The notes: generated from the sequence alone by a model not told the origin. DNA of 64,000 nucleotides from an uncultured Alphaproteobacteria bacterium (GCA_934273635.1 CAKQSV010000003.1:44975-108974); one strand, 5' to 3'. Positions 39,539 to 50,472 are shown, counted from the stretch's first letter. Numbers and translations: made by a program.

Positions 39539-40516
39539 TTATATCAACTGTTTGGCGATTGCAATATAGGCCTTGGCGTATTCGCTTTCAGGATGTGCAT
39601 AGACAATCGGCGTGCCCTCATCGGCGTTTTGTCGAATTGCTATATGCAACGGCACTTCACCCAAAAACTTTTCGCCCAATTTTTGAGCGGTCAGGCGCGC
39701 GCCCTCGTGTCCGAAAATGTCTGCGCGGGTGCCGCATTTCTCACAAATATAATAACTCATATTTTCTACAATACCGGCAATGGGCACACCGGTTTTTTTG
39801 AACATATTCACGCCTTTGACCGCGTCGATCAGGGCAATATCCTGCGGGGTGGAGACGATTACCGCGGCGTCAATCTTCATTTTTTGCGACAGGGTGATTT
39901 GAATATCACCGGTTCCGGGAGGCATATCAATCACCATAACGTCAATCTCGCCCCAGTTGGTGTCATTAAACAGTTGTTGGATTGCACCGCAGGCTTTTGC
40001 TCCGCGCCAAATCAACGGCGTATCCTTGTCTATCATACTACCGATAGACATAGACTTGACGCCGCAACTTTCAAACGGTTCAAGGGTTTTGCCGTCATAA
40101 GAGACAACCGGCTGATTTTCATATCCGAGCATAGTGGGAATCGAAGGTCCGTAAATATCGGCGTCAAAAATCGCGGTTTTTTGCCCCAGTTTAGCCAGTG
40201 CCAACGCAATATTGACAGCGGTGGTCGACTTGCCGACACCGCCCTTGCCCGAAGCCACGGCAATAATTTTTTTGACCGACGGCAAATTCCATTTATCATC
40301 CTCCGGTTGCAAAGAGGGCGCGGCTTTCTCCGAGGTTAAAATCACCGATACTTTACGCTCAGGCGCCAATGCCTCAATCTTTTGCCGCAAAGCCTCAACC
40401 TTGTCATTGTCTGATGACTTTAAGGTCACAATCACTCGTTTGGGCAAAACGCTGACACTTTCAACTTCGGATGCCGTAAAGTCGCCATAAACCAATTGTT
40501 TGATTTTATCTTCCAT
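39539..40516 (-). CDS. apbC: Mrp/NBP35-family Fe-S cluster carrier ATPase (ApbC)
   Basis: AVASGKGGVGKST Walker A. ParA/Mrp fold. CxxC near the C-terminal part. Confidence 0.9.
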   Translation of the reverse strand: MEDKIKQLVYGDFTASEVESVSVLPKRVIVTLKSSDNDKVEALRQKIEALAPERKVSVILTSEKAAPSLQPEDDKWNLPSVKKIIAVASGKGGVGKSTTAVNIALALAKLGQKTAIFDADIYGPSIPTMLGYENQPVVSYDGKTLEPFESCGVKSMSIGSMIDKDTPLIWRGAKACGAIQQLFNDTNWGEIDVMVIDMPPGTGDIQITLSQKMKIDAAVIVSTPQDIALIDAVKGVNMFKKTGVPIAGIVENMSYYICEKCGTRADIFGHEGARLTAQKLGEKFLGEVPLHIAIRQNADEGTPIVYAHPESEYAKAYIAIAKQLI

Positions 40517-40615
40517 ATTTGTTTTCCTGTTAATAACCGCTCACAAAAATTGTTTTATGCATATATTTATATTATATATATCTGCAACGCAACATAAATA
40601 TAATGAGGTGCATAA

Positions 40616-41659
40616 ATGGCAAAAAATGACGGACCTTGGGGCAAAAACGAAAATATCAGCCCTTGGGGCGAAAGCAGCGAACAGCTCAGCAAACCTAAAG
40701 TTGTTGACTTTTCAACTATCGAACACCTGAAGAATAATGATGGTTTTGACTTTAATATCGGCATAATCGCCCTGATTGTGATTGCTTTGTGGCTGTTGTC
40801 GGGTTTTTATCAAATTCAACCCAGCGAGCAAGGCGTTGTCACCCGTTTCGGCGCCTATGTTTACACAACCGACGCCGGTTTGCACTATCATCTGCCGTTT
40901 CCGATTGAAAGCGTGGAAAAAGTCAACACCACTCGCGAGCGCAGTATCAACCTCGGTGTGATTGAAAACAACTACCGCAATCCCGCAAAGTCGTTTACCG
41001 AAAGCCATATGCTGACCGGTGACGAAAATATTGTCGATATTAACCTGACGGTGGTTTGGCGTATTAAAGACGCTAAGGACTACTTGTTCAGTATGCGTAG
41101 TCCCGACACCACCGTGCAAGTTGCGGCGCAGTCGGTTTTGCGTGAGATTGTCGGACAATCGCAAATGCAACCGATTATTACCGGAGACCGCGGTAAGGTT
41201 GAAGACGACACCAAAGACGAGTTGCAAAAAGTGTTAAACGAGTTTGGCTCGGGTATTGAGATTGTGCGTGTTAAACTGCAAAAAGCCGATCCGCCCAAGC
41301 AGGTTGTAGACGCGTTTAACGAGGTTCAGCGCGCCAAGGCTGATATGGAACGATTCAAAAACGAGGCAGAGGCTTATCGTAACGAGATTATTCCGAAGGC
41401 TCGCGGTGAAGCGGCGCAAAAATTGCAAGACGCCGAAGCCTATAAAGCCGCCGTTGTCAACAAAGCCAAAGGTGAAGCCGACCGTTTTAACTCGGTGTAT
41501 AAGGCCTACACCCAAGGGCGCAACGTGACCGCCAAGAGGATGTATCTGGAAACTATGGAAAATATCGTAAAGCAGTCGGACAAAGTGATTATTGACCCAT
41601 CGGCCAAAGGGGGCAATGTGTTGCCGCTGTTGCCGCTTGATCAGCTGAAAAAACAATAG
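40616..41659 (+). CDS. hflK: HflK (SPFH-domain modulator of FtsH)
   Basis: 347 aa. TM helix then band-7 domain. Followed by hflC. Confidence 0.88.
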   Translation: MAKNDGPWGKNENISPWGESSEQLSKPKVVDFSTIEHLKNNDGFDFNIGIIALIVIALWLLSGFYQIQPSEQGVVTRFGAYVYTTDAGLHYHLPFPIESVEKVNTTRERSINLGVIENNYRNPAKSFTESHMLTGDENIVDINLTVVWRIKDAKDYLFSMRSPDTTVQVAAQSVLREIVGQSQMQPIITGDRGKVEDDTKDELQKVLNEFGSGIEIVRVKLQKADPPKQVVDAFNEVQRAKADMERFKNEAEAYRNEIIPKARGEAAQKLQDAEAYKAAVVNKAKGEADRFNSVYKAYTQGRNVTAKRMYLETMENIVKQSDKVIIDPSAKGGNVLPLLPLDQLKKQ

Positions 41660-41669
41660 GAGAAACCGC

Positions 41670-42545
41670 ATGTTTAATAACATTAAATATTATCTTGTCG
41701 CCTTCGGGCTAGTGGTGTTGTTTGCCGCGGCAAACTCCGTGTATGTGGTTAATCAGGCAGAGCAAGCCATTGTATTGCAATTTGGCGAACCCATCCGCGT
41801 GGTAAAAGATGCCGGTCTTAAATTTAAGGTGCCGTTTATTCAAAACGTGGTGTTTTATGATATGCGGTTGCTCAACCTTGATCCACCGGCGCAAGAAATT
41901 GTGCTCAATGACAAAAAGCGTCTTGATGTTGACAGTTTCACCCGCTACCGCATTATCAATCCGCTGCGTTTTTACCAGACCGTACGCACCGAGGAGCAGG
42001 CGCAGAGCAAACTCGCCGAGATTGTCAACTCTTCGGTTCGCAAAATTTTGGGTCGTATCACATTGCAAGAGTTGTTGTCGCAAAAGCGCACCAAAATCAT
42101 GCACGACATTAGTCAAGCGGTTAAAGTCGACGCCGAGCAAATCGGCGTGAGTGTCGCTGACGTGAGAATCCGTCGAGCCGACTTGCCGTTAGAGGTTTTG
42201 CAAGCGATTAACGCGCGGATGAAGACCGAACGCGAACGTGACGCCAAAGAGTTTCGGGCTCAAGGTCAGCAACAGGCGCAACAAATTCGCGCGCAGGCCG
42301 AAAAAGAAAGAACCATTATTATCGCCGAGGCTGAAAAGCAAGCGCAAATCACTCGCGGTAACGGCGATGAGCTGGCAATTAAAATTTGGAACGACGCCGC
42401 CAATCAAGACGCCGAGTTTTTTGAATTTTACCGCTCATTGGAGGCTTATAACAACTCTTTAGGCAACGGCGAGGCTTCTTTGGTACTCTCTCCGGACTCT
42501 GAGTTTTTCAAATATTTCCGTAAATCTCTTAACGCAGGAAAATAA
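41670..42545 (+). CDS. hflC: HflC
   Basis: 291-aa band-7 protein immediately downstream of hflK. Confidence 0.88.
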   Translation: MFNNIKYYLVAFGLVVLFAAANSVYVVNQAEQAIVLQFGEPIRVVKDAGLKFKVPFIQNVVFYDMRLLNLDPPAQEIVLNDKKRLDVDSFTRYRIINPLRFYQTVRTEEQAQSKLAEIVNSSVRKILGRITLQELLSQKRTKIMHDISQAVKVDAEQIGVSVADVRIRRADLPLEVLQAINARMKTERERDAKEFRAQGQQQAQQIRAQAEKERTIIIAEAEKQAQITRGNGDELAIKIWNDAANQDAEFFEFYRSLEAYNNSLGNGEASLVLSPDSEFFKYFRKSLNAGK

Positions 42546-42548
42546 CCG

Positions 42549-43889
42549 TTGATGACCCGCAAGTTTCGTTTTTTGTTTGTGTTGGGCGCCGTTATGCTGG
42601 CGGCTCGCGCCGCGTGGGCGCAGTTGCCGTCATTTGCCGATTTGGCGGAGAAATTGTTGCCGTCGGTGGTGAATATTTCAACCACCACCCTGCCCGAAGA
42701 TGACGCCGCTTTCACGCCCGAGACCGAAACGCTCGGCTCCGGCTTCATCATCAGCAAAGACGGATATATTGTGACAAATCAACACGTTATTGATAAAGCG
42801 AAAAGTATTAACATTACTTTATCGGACAATCGCAAGTTTGAGGCGGAGGTTATCGGCGAGGACAAGCAAACCGATTTAGCCTTACTCAAAATCAGCAGTG
42901 ACAAGCCGCTTGCTGAAGTAGTGTTCGGGGATTCCGATGCTTTGCGCATTGGCGACTGGGTGTTGGCTATCGGCAATCCGTTCGGCTTGGGTGGAAGCGT
43001 GACCGCGGGCATTGTCTCGGCCAAGTCGCGCGACATCGAATCCGGCTCTTATGACAACTTTATTCAGACCGACGCGGCCATTAATCAGGGGAATTCCGGC
43101 GGACCGATGTTTAACCTTAAGGGTGAAGTTATTGGTGTAAACAGCGCTATTTTCTCATCAACCGGCGAGTCAATGGGTATCGGGTTTGCCACGCCGGCAA
43201 AAATGGCGCAATGGGTTATCAGTCAATTACGACGTGACGGTAAAGTCACTCGCGGGTGGATCGGGGTTTCGATTCAGCCTAATCCGTTGCAAGAGGACGG
43301 TATTTTGGTCAGCCGTATTACCGAAGGTTCTCCGGCGCAGAAAGCCGGAATTTTGGCCGGTGATATTATCAGCAAATTTAACAAGATGCCGGTTACGGGC
43401 GTGACTAACCTATCACGGATTATTGCAGAAAGCGCGGTTGGTGAAACCCTAAATTTTGAAATTCTCCGCAACGGTGAGGTCTTAAATATTAAAGTTAAGG
43501 CGCAGAAAATGCCTGATAACACTTTGCAAAAGGAAGAGAAAACGTCAACGGAAAATACAGAAAAGAAAACCGACAAATCGGCGTTTTGGGCTGGCGTAAA
43601 GATTGAAAACATATCAGATGAATTACAGCAGCGTTATCACCTGCCCGACGGCGCGCATGGCGTGGTTGTGACTGACGTTGAGCCGCAGTCTGATGCCGCA
43701 AACAAAGGATTGCAAACCGGAAATCTTATCACCAAAGTTGATAAAAAAGAAGTCTTTGACCTTAGTAGTTTTAACGATTATGTCAAGCAAGCGCAAGATG
43801 AGCACAATCGCCCTGTTCTGCTGACTGTGCAAGACACCGAGGCGGAACACTTTGTTGCCATAAAGCAGGATAGTCATGAGCCGTATTGA
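42549..43889 (+). CDS. degP: periplasmic serine endoprotease DegP/HtrA (two PDZ domains)
   Basis: Signal peptide. Catalytic triad context (TNQHVI, D..LLK, GNSGGP). hflKC-htrA synteny. Confidence 0.9.
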   Translation: MMTRKFRFLFVLGAVMLAARAAWAQLPSFADLAEKLLPSVVNISTTTLPEDDAAFTPETETLGSGFIISKDGYIVTNQHVIDKAKSINITLSDNRKFEAEVIGEDKQTDLALLKISSDKPLAEVVFGDSDALRIGDWVLAIGNPFGLGGSVTAGIVSAKSRDIESGSYDNFIQTDAAINQGNSGGPMFNLKGEVIGVNSAIFSSTGESMGIGFATPAKMAQWVISQLRRDGKVTRGWIGVSIQPNPLQEDGILVSRITEGSPAQKAGILAGDIISKFNKMPVTGVTNLSRIIAESAVGETLNFEILRNGEVLNIKVKAQKMPDNTLQKEEKTSTENTEKKTDKSAFWAGVKIENISDELQQRYHLPDGAHGVVVTDVEPQSDAANKGLQTGNLITKVDKKEVFDLSSFNDYVKQAQDEHNRPVLLTVQDTEAEHFVAIKQDSHEPY

Positions 43890-44331
43890 TTTTTATCATT
43901 TGCAAAAACAAACATTGGAAGACGTGTTGCCTAAGCTGTTGGAAAAGGCTTATGCCACCGGCAGTCGTATTAAAATAAAAATCGGCAACGAGGCGCGCGT
44001 GGAATTTATCAACTCGCTGTTGTGGACATATAACGACGAATCTTTTATTCCGCACGGTTCCAAAAAAGACGGCTTTGCCAAAGAGCAACCGATTTGGCTG
44101 AGCAGCGATGATGACAATCCCAATAACGCCGAAATGATGTTTTTGGTTGACGGCGCGCATTTAGATATTGAAAATCAAACAAATTTCACCCGCATATTTA
44201 ATATTTTTGACGGGAACGACGAGCAGTCTTTGCAACAAGCGCGGCAACTGTGGAAAGATGTTTCCGCGGCGGGGTGGGAACGCAACTATTTTCAGCAGGA
44301 CGACAGCGGTCGTTGGAACAAAAAGGCCTAA
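43876..44331 (+). CDS. holC: DNA polymerase III chi subunit
   Basis: 151 aa. MSRIDFYHL... N-terminus typical of alphaproteobacterial HolC. Overlaps the degP stop by 14 nt. Confidence 0.65.
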   Translation: MSRIDFYHLQKQTLEDVLPKLLEKAYATGSRIKIKIGNEARVEFINSLLWTYNDESFIPHGSKKDGFAKEQPIWLSSDDDNPNNAEMMFLVDGAHLDIENQTNFTRIFNIFDGNDEQSLQQARQLWKDVSAAGWERNYFQQDDSGRWNKKA

Positions 44332-44345
44332 CCCCTCCCCCATGC

Positions 44346-46082
44346 TTATTGCAGTGTCGGCCACCGATTATCAGACAGAGCCTCCATTGACGGATGTGGC
44401 AATCCGAATCTGGCCTCATACATCCAATAATTAGCCATCACACGTTCGATATAAATACGGGTCTCTCGCGAAGGGATTACCTCAATAAACAACAAAGGAT
44501 CGTTATCGTACTTAACTTTTTTCTGCCACTTGAACAGGTTTCCGGGGCCGGCGTTGTAGGCGGCAATCAGATAAAACATATTGCCGTTAATAAATGATTT
44601 TTCAGCCAGATAGTTGACATATCTTTGCCCCAAAGACAGGTTGTAGTCTTTTTGGTAGAGCACATCGTTATTTTTTTTGAGCTGCGGATTTTTGGTGATG
44701 TGCACCGCTGTCGCCGGCATTAACTGCATTAAACCCTTGGCGCCGGCACCGCTTTGTGCCTGCGGTCTGAACGCAGACTCTTGACGAACCAAAGCCCACA
44801 CCAAAGCCTGACTGATTTTCCATCCGCCGCGCGGTTTCCACTGCGGCACAGGATAAGCCGCCTCATCATAAAACAGGCCGTTCTCATTGTCTTTAATATC
44901 ATTTGCCAACAAAATTGCCAACGCGTGCATTTGGTAGTTTTGGGCAATAAACAACAGCGCCTCTTTTTGTTGTTTGTTCATATTTTGATAAGCGGCGCGG
45001 ATTTCTTTTTCCGCCAACTCCGGATTTTTGGCTTTCAAAAGCACCAACGCGCGTCTGATTGCCGGCGAATCCAACATTTGGCGCACATACTCATCTGACG
45101 AGTAGTCGTTAAAAAAGGCGGAGCCTTCCCAGTTGTAACGCCATGACAGCCCCAGTTTGTAGGTGGCAAGCATACCGTAAAAAGTACGTTTATAAATTGC
45201 AGCGGTGTTGAGCCACTTTTCAGCCTCAGACTTTTTGCCCATGCGACTGTATGAGCGATAAGCCCAATAAGCGCCGGCAGCCACCAACCACTCGTTTTCT
45301 TGATATTTGGCGCCGAGTTGCGCAAAAAAGGACGCCGCATTTTTATATTGTTTCATTTTCCACGCGGCAAGTCCGCCAATCCAATAGCCCATAGCATTGT
45401 GACTGCGACGCACCGCTTTTTGCACCCTGTTCCACGCCAAATTATTTTGATTATCAAGCAAATAAACCGTTGCCAATGTCACAGACATGGCGTCATACTC
45501 TCTGTCGGGAATCGTTTGGCGAAATTTTTTGTCGTCCAACATGGTTTTGGCGGCTTTGGTCTGACCTTTATTGATAAGTTTTCTAAACTTGCCGACCTGC
45601 GCGCGCAAATAAGCTCGTTCTTTGTCGGAATAGTCCTCGTATTGATTGCTGAACCACGAGTACGGCGAATAAATTTTGGGATATTTTTCACCCCAAGGAT
45701 TATCGACATTGTTCTTACCGGCTTTATTGACCGCTAGGTTATAAATCGACCGAGCCTGCGGTAAGTCGCTATATTTTTTGAGCCAGTTTTTAAGCTCTTC
45801 GGGCGATGATTTGTAGGATTTGGAAAGATAAATCTGGGCTTTGACGTGACCGAGCAAAATGTCGTTCTCAACACTTTTAAGGCGTTGTTGCGCCGATTTA
45901 ATATCTTCTTTTTTAATATCGCGGAAAATATTTTTATACAGCCGCACATCACGGTCGGAAACATAAAGTGTGTCTAAAATTTTGGAGCCGGTATCGTCAT
46001 CCAAAACATTTTGCGCACCCCACGCGGCTATCGGACAAACCAGACCGATAAATAATATGCTGACAAATTTTCTTAAAAGCAA
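44346..46082 (-). CDS. slt: soluble lytic murein transglycosylase (Slt family)
   Basis: Signal peptide. Superhelical repeats. C-terminal lysozyme-like motifs (ES..R...S.AGA.GLMQ, AYNAGPGN). Confidence 0.8.
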   Translation of the reverse strand: MLLRKFVSILFIGLVCPIAAWGAQNVLDDDTGSKILDTLYVSDRDVRLYKNIFRDIKKEDIKSAQQRLKSVENDILLGHVKAQIYLSKSYKSSPEELKNWLKKYSDLPQARSIYNLAVNKAGKNNVDNPWGEKYPKIYSPYSWFSNQYEDYSDKERAYLRAQVGKFRKLINKGQTKAAKTMLDDKKFRQTIPDREYDAMSVTLATVYLLDNQNNLAWNRVQKAVRRSHNAMGYWIGGLAAWKMKQYKNAASFFAQLGAKYQENEWLVAAGAYWAYRSYSRMGKKSEAEKWLNTAAIYKRTFYGMLATYKLGLSWRYNWEGSAFFNDYSSDEYVRQMLDSPAIRRALVLLKAKNPELAEKEIRAAYQNMNKQQKEALLFIAQNYQMHALAILLANDIKDNENGLFYDEAAYPVPQWKPRGGWKISQALVWALVRQESAFRPQAQSGAGAKGLMQLMPATAVHITKNPQLKKNNDVLYQKDYNLSLGQRYVNYLAEKSFINGNMFYLIAAYNAGPGNLFKWQKKVKYDNDPLLFIEVIPSRETRIYIERVMANYWMYEARFGLPHPSMEALSDNRWPTLQ

Positions 46083-46100
46083 TCTCTATCACCTTACGGC

Positions 46101-46820
46101 TTACATTTTCCGTATCCAACGCACACGCTGAGCGCAATCTTCCTGCGTCATCCCTTTCACACGGCAACGATTGACGATGATATTCGGAATTTTATCCATT
46201 GAATAACAACCGTCACCCAACAAAGTATACATAAAATGGTATTTCTGGTTGGGGTTGACGTCAATAAAGTTGAGCGGCGTCTCCATCTTTGGCCATTTCA
46301 GGCGGATAGCCAAAGAATTAAGTTTGCGGTCAAGCGTCGTGACAATCTGAAATTTAACATCACAAGTGGTGGAACCGCTCATCATACTGCCGACCGTAAA
46401 GTCGGAATAAAAAATATAAATATAGCCCTCGGATTTGACAGATCCGTCCTGAACAACCGGCACAACCGAGGTTCTGCCCCGCTCCACGCCGTCTAAGGTC
46501 GGACGGTCGATTTGCGGCACGTTTTTATAAATGTAGTCTTCCGGATTGTAAACATCTTGCTTTTTAGGTGTGAAGAAATCTGATTTTTCGCCTTTAGTCT
46601 GTTGTTCTGTCGTTGCCTCTGATTTTTCAGCATCGGTCGGGGTCGGTTCGTCTTTTGATTTGTTGTAAAAGCGTCCCCAATCCGCCGTATTATCAGACTT
46701 AGAGGTCTCGGTCGCAGCAACGTTTTCATCGGCAAAAACCTGCGCCGAGGCGGGCACGGCGGCGGTCATCAGCAAAGCCGCCAACAAACCGGAAACAATT
46801 TTATCTTTCAGCAAAGGCAT
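46101..46820 (-). CDS. secreted hypothetical protein (239 aa)
   Basis: Signal peptide. Shares a T-x-CD/E...TL...L-W block with the next gene. Confidence 0.5.
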   Translation of the reverse strand: MPLLKDKIVSGLLAALLMTAAVPASAQVFADENVAATETSKSDNTADWGRFYNKSKDEPTPTDAEKSEATTEQQTKGEKSDFFTPKKQDVYNPEDYIYKNVPQIDRPTLDGVERGRTSVVPVVQDGSVKSEGYIYIFYSDFTVGSMMSGSTTCDVKFQIVTTLDRKLNSLAIRLKWPKMETPLNFIDVNPNQKYHFMYTLLGDGCYSMDKIPNIIVNRCRVKGMTQEDCAQRVRWIRKM

Positions 46821-46840
46821 TTTCGGGTCTCCGGATAAAA

Positions 46841-47668
46841 TTACTTGATACTTTCCAAAGTTTCGGTCATAGCGTTCAGACTTTCAATCATCTTTTTATA
46901 AGAGGCGTCTAACTCGTCCACGTCTTTTTTGCGTTTTTCGGCACGCTGTTTAGCCTCTTCATTAAACGAAACCTTTTGAAACTCGCGGTAATATTCAGGG
47001 TCACGAGGAGAAACAAAACGGAACAAAGACTTGCAGTCTCCGCCACTGGTATCTCCGGTGCGCGCCATAGGCAAACGACGGTTGCCGGTGGCATTGCTTT
47101 GCTCGGTCACTTTACAGTTGGTAAAACTAAAGTCGGCGTCTTCAATCATCAGAAAACATCTGTCAGACTTGATTTTTGACTTTAAGGAAACCTGACGGAA
47201 AGGTTTAATCTGCGGCAAGATAACAGCGGCGGTCAGATTTTCGGAAACAAGGTCGGCAGTTTTTGGCTGTTGCGCCTGTGTCAGGCTCTTAATCTGTCCT
47301 TTGTCGGTTGATGACAAATCTTCTTTTTCTTCGGTTTTGATAACTTCGGAAATCCCGTCATCTTTCCACGAAAGATTGATGGTGGCCGCGTCAACGCTCT
47401 TGGGCGAGCGGTTATACAACGTCAGTCCGAACTCACAGTCGGTGACAATACCGTCTTCGTCCTTAATCGGATTAACATCATGAATCTTAAAAAGCACCAC
47501 ATTTTCGCCGCTGGCAATTTTGCTGGCGAACTCGTCATCGCTCGCGTTATCGGCATTCTGAGCCACAGCCGCGCCGCTCAGCAACACGCCGCAAGCCACA
47601 CTCATTAATAATTGTTTACAGCTTTTCATCATCAAATCCTTACAATTAAATTTAATTATAGGTATCAT
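46841..47668 (-). CDS. secreted hypothetical protein (275 aa), distant paralog of the previous
   Basis: Internal signal-peptide-like MMKSCKQLLMSVACGVLLSGAAVA. Similar Cys-containing block. C-terminal coiled coil. Confidence 0.5.
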   Translation of the reverse strand: MIPIIKFNCKDLMMKSCKQLLMSVACGVLLSGAAVAQNADNASDDEFASKIASGENVVLFKIHDVNPIKDEDGIVTDCEFGLTLYNRSPKSVDAATINLSWKDDGISEVIKTEEKEDLSSTDKGQIKSLTQAQQPKTADLVSENLTAAVILPQIKPFRQVSLKSKIKSDRCFLMIEDADFSFTNCKVTEQSNATGNRRLPMARTGDTSGGDCKSLFRFVSPRDPEYYREFQKVSFNEEAKQRAEKRKKDVDELDASYKKMIESLNAMTETLESIK

Positions 47669-47701
47669 AACAAAAAAATAGTGAATAAAAAGATAATTTT
47701 C

Positions 47702-48544
47702 TTAATTTTCACACAATTTTTGCTTAGTGCGCAACAAATCGCTCCACGCCTTGGCTTTTTGTCCGCTGTTGCGCAGCAGGTAGGCAGGGTGGAAACTGGC
47801 CAGAACCGGAATTTTGGCACCGTCGGAGGTTTTGAACTCCAACCACTTGCCGCGCAGTTTGGATATTGGCTCGCCGTTGTCTAACAACGCGTTGGCAGCG
47901 CTGCCGCCCAAAATCAAAATCACATCGGGCTTAACCAGTTCAATTTGTCGTTTCAAAAACGGCAGGCAGACGGCAATTTCACCCTCGGTGGGCGTTCTGT
48001 TTCCGGGGGGACGCCATGGCAAAACATTGGTTACAAAACACTCATCCCTCGGCACGCCAATGGTTGCCAACATTTTATCAAGCAAATGTCCGCTTCTGCC
48101 CACAAAGGGAATACCGCTTCTGTCCTCATCCGCCCCCGGCGCCTCGCCCACCAACAATAGTTTGGCCTGAGGATTGCCATAGCCGAACACGGTTTTGTTG
48201 GCAGTCAACTTGAGGGCGCAACCGTCAAAATTTTCCACCAGTTTTTTAAGTTCTTCCAGAGTCTCGACCTTAGCGCAAATCTGGCGCGCGTTTTGACAAG
48301 CGGCGACCGTGGCCTGCGCCAGTTCGGTGGTGGCCGGACGGGCATCTTCAACCTTTTGAGCGACGTTAACGGTTTGCGGTTGCGGCGCGGGCGGCGTCAG
48401 GTGTGTTTTTTCGCACTTTTGCCACGGCTCATCACCGCACACGGCGTCTACTCCCGCGGCGATATACCACTCCAAAATCTGTCTGATGTCTAAGTCTTCA
48501 TTAATCATGTTTTCTTTTGTAGCGCATTTCTTTCTTTTTGTCAT
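47702..48544 (-). CDS. family-4 uracil-DNA glycosylase with N-terminal extension
   Basis: GEAPGADEDRSGIPFVGRSG and HPAYLLR motifs. Confidence 0.8.
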   Translation of the reverse strand: MTKRKKCATKENMINEDLDIRQILEWYIAAGVDAVCGDEPWQKCEKTHLTPPAPQPQTVNVAQKVEDARPATTELAQATVAACQNARQICAKVETLEELKKLVENFDGCALKLTANKTVFGYGNPQAKLLLVGEAPGADEDRSGIPFVGRSGHLLDKMLATIGVPRDECFVTNVLPWRPPGNRTPTEGEIAVCLPFLKRQIELVKPDVILILGGSAANALLDNGEPISKLRGKWLEFKTSDGAKIPVLASFHPAYLLRNSGQKAKAWSDLLRTKQKLCEN

Positions 48545-48660
48545 TTAATAATTAAATATTTACACATAATGTATATTATTTGCAAAATAATGTTGTATGA
48601 TACGCGCTGCGGGCATATACTGCCTGACGGTTAAAACTAAAGTTTGGGATAAATAAAACC

Positions 48661-50472
48661 ATGACCGGATTTCGATATACTTTGTTGGCTGCCATCAGTT
48701 TTTTGGCGTTTGGTTCTTGCTCGAATCGCCCGTTTCAGGATTCAGCGGAACAGCAAAACACGCCGAAAGAAGTGTCGACTTCGGTTCCGGCGAGCAGTTA
48801 CGGCTCTTATTTGGCGGGTCGTATTGCCCATTATCGGCAAGACTTTGACTCCGCCGCCGAATATTATATGAAAACCGCGCAGAAAGACCCCAACAACGCC
48901 GCTCTGCTCAACCGCACTTTTTTAATGTTGGCCTCGCAAGGACGTATCGCTGAGGCGGCACAATACGCTGAAACAGCAAAAGCCAAAGGCGACACCAATG
49001 ATTTTATTGCCGTGATTATCGCCGCCGATAAGGTTAAACAGCAGAATTATGACGAGGCGATTAAGATTATTAAAACCAACACCTCGCCGCTTTACAGCCG
49101 GTTGATTACGCCGTTTGTCAAGGCTTGGGCATATACCGGACAAAATCAATATTCCAAAGCTATTGCCTCGCTCGATGTCATTAAGGGCGAAAAGGGATTG
49201 GAGGCCATGTATCATTTTCATGCAGGTATGATACACGACTATTTTGACAAGCCCGATTTGGCACGCAAACATTTTGACGCCATTGTGAACGACACCAAAA
49301 TGGATATGTCGGTGCGCACGTTGGAGGTTGTTTGTAACTTTTATCTGCGCAACGGCGAAAAAGACAAGGCTGTGGCTCTGTCGGCAAAATACGCAAACAC
49401 AACCCCTCCGGTTGAAATTTTGCAACGTATAAACAAAAATGTTATCAACACGCCGGTTGAGACCGCCTCGCCGCTGATTACATCCCCTCAGGCCGGACTG
49501 AGCGAGGCGTTGTTCAATATTGCCGCGATAATCAAAAACAATTCCGAGATTTTGGACTTTTCACACATTTTTATCAGACTCGCAATTTATGAAAACCCGC
49601 ATAACGATTTGGCGCGGATTTTGTTGGGCAATATTTTGGAAATAAGAGAAATGTACGCGGATGCGATTGCCGTTTATGATGAAATTCCGGAAACATCAAA
49701 CGCCTATTACATCGCGCAATATAAAAAAGCCTCTGACCTGCGCAGCCTGAACGACTATAAGGCCTCGGAGCTACTTTTAAAAGGTTTGGCGATTGACTAT
49801 CCGAACGACTATCAGCTGTTGCTCGATTTGGGCGACACACTCCGTCTGCAAGATAAATATCAGGAGGCTCTGAAGTATTATAATAAAGTGTTGAAGCAAA
49901 ATCCCCGCCTTGCCGGTAGTATGTGGCAGATTTATTATGCTCTGGGCATTACATACGAACGGATGGGCGACTGGAACAAAGCCGAGCAAAACTTGCAAAA
50001 AGCTTTGCAGATTAATCCCGACAACCTGTTGGTGCAAAATTACCTCGGGTACAGTTGGCTCAAGCAAGGCAGAAACACCGAACAGGCTTTTTCTTATATT
50101 GTCAGCGCCTATAATCAAGCCTCTTTCAACAGCAGTATTATTGACAGTTTGGGCTGGGCTTTTTATCGTCTGGGGATGTATAATCAGGCTATATCTTATT
50201 TGGAAAAGGCGGTCGACAACGATCCTTCAAACGCCCTTATCAACGAGCATCTCGGCGACGCTTATTGGATGGGCGGACGCAAAAATGAAGCGCGTTTTCA
50301 GTGGAATCACGCCTTAACGCTCAAAGACGACAGTGGAGAGGTCAAACCCGAGGAGATTAAGCAAAAACTGGCCAACGGCATTGACACTTATGCGCCCCTT
50401 GCTTTTGACCAAGCCCAAATTGAGCAAAGCATTGCCGAGATTAATAATGAAGGGGCTACTTCTGAGAAGTAA
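48661..50472 (+). CDS. TPR-repeat lipoprotein/periplasmic protein
   Basis: Signal peptide with lipobox-like FGSC. Multiple TPR-like repeats (W..A..YY..G...Y..A...). Confidence 0.7.
   Translation: MTGFRYTLLAAISFLAFGSCSNRPFQDSAEQQNTPKEVSTSVPASSYGSYLAGRIAHYRQDFDSAAEYYMKTAQKDPNNAALLNRTFLMLASQGRIAEAAQYAETAKAKGDTNDFIAVIIAADKVKQQNYDEAIKIIKTNTSPLYSRLITPFVKAWAYTGQNQYSKAIASLDVIKGEKGLEAMYHFHAGMIHDYFDKPDLARKHFDAIVNDTKMDMSVRTLEVVCNFYLRNGEKDKAVALSAKYANTTPPVEILQRINKNVINTPVETASPLITSPQAGLSEALFNIAAIIKNNSEILDFSHIFIRLAIYENPHNDLARILLGNILEIREMYADAIAVYDEIPETSNAYYIAQYKKASDLRSLNDYKASELLLKGLAIDYPNDYQLLLDLGDTLRLQDKYQEALKYYNKVLKQNPRLAGSMWQIYYALGITYERMGDWNKAEQNLQKALQINPDNLLVQNYLGYSWLKQGRNTEQAFSYIVSAYNQASFNSSIIDSLGWAFYRLGMYNQAISYLEKAVDNDPSNALINEHLGDAYWMGGRKNEARFQWNHALTLKDDSGEVKPEEIKQKLANGIDTYAPLAFDQAQIEQSIAEINNEGATSEK

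Noticed and set aside
39488-40339. 283-aa plus-strand ORF
   Set aside because: Antisense to the apbC (mrp) gene, which has an unmistakable Walker A motif.
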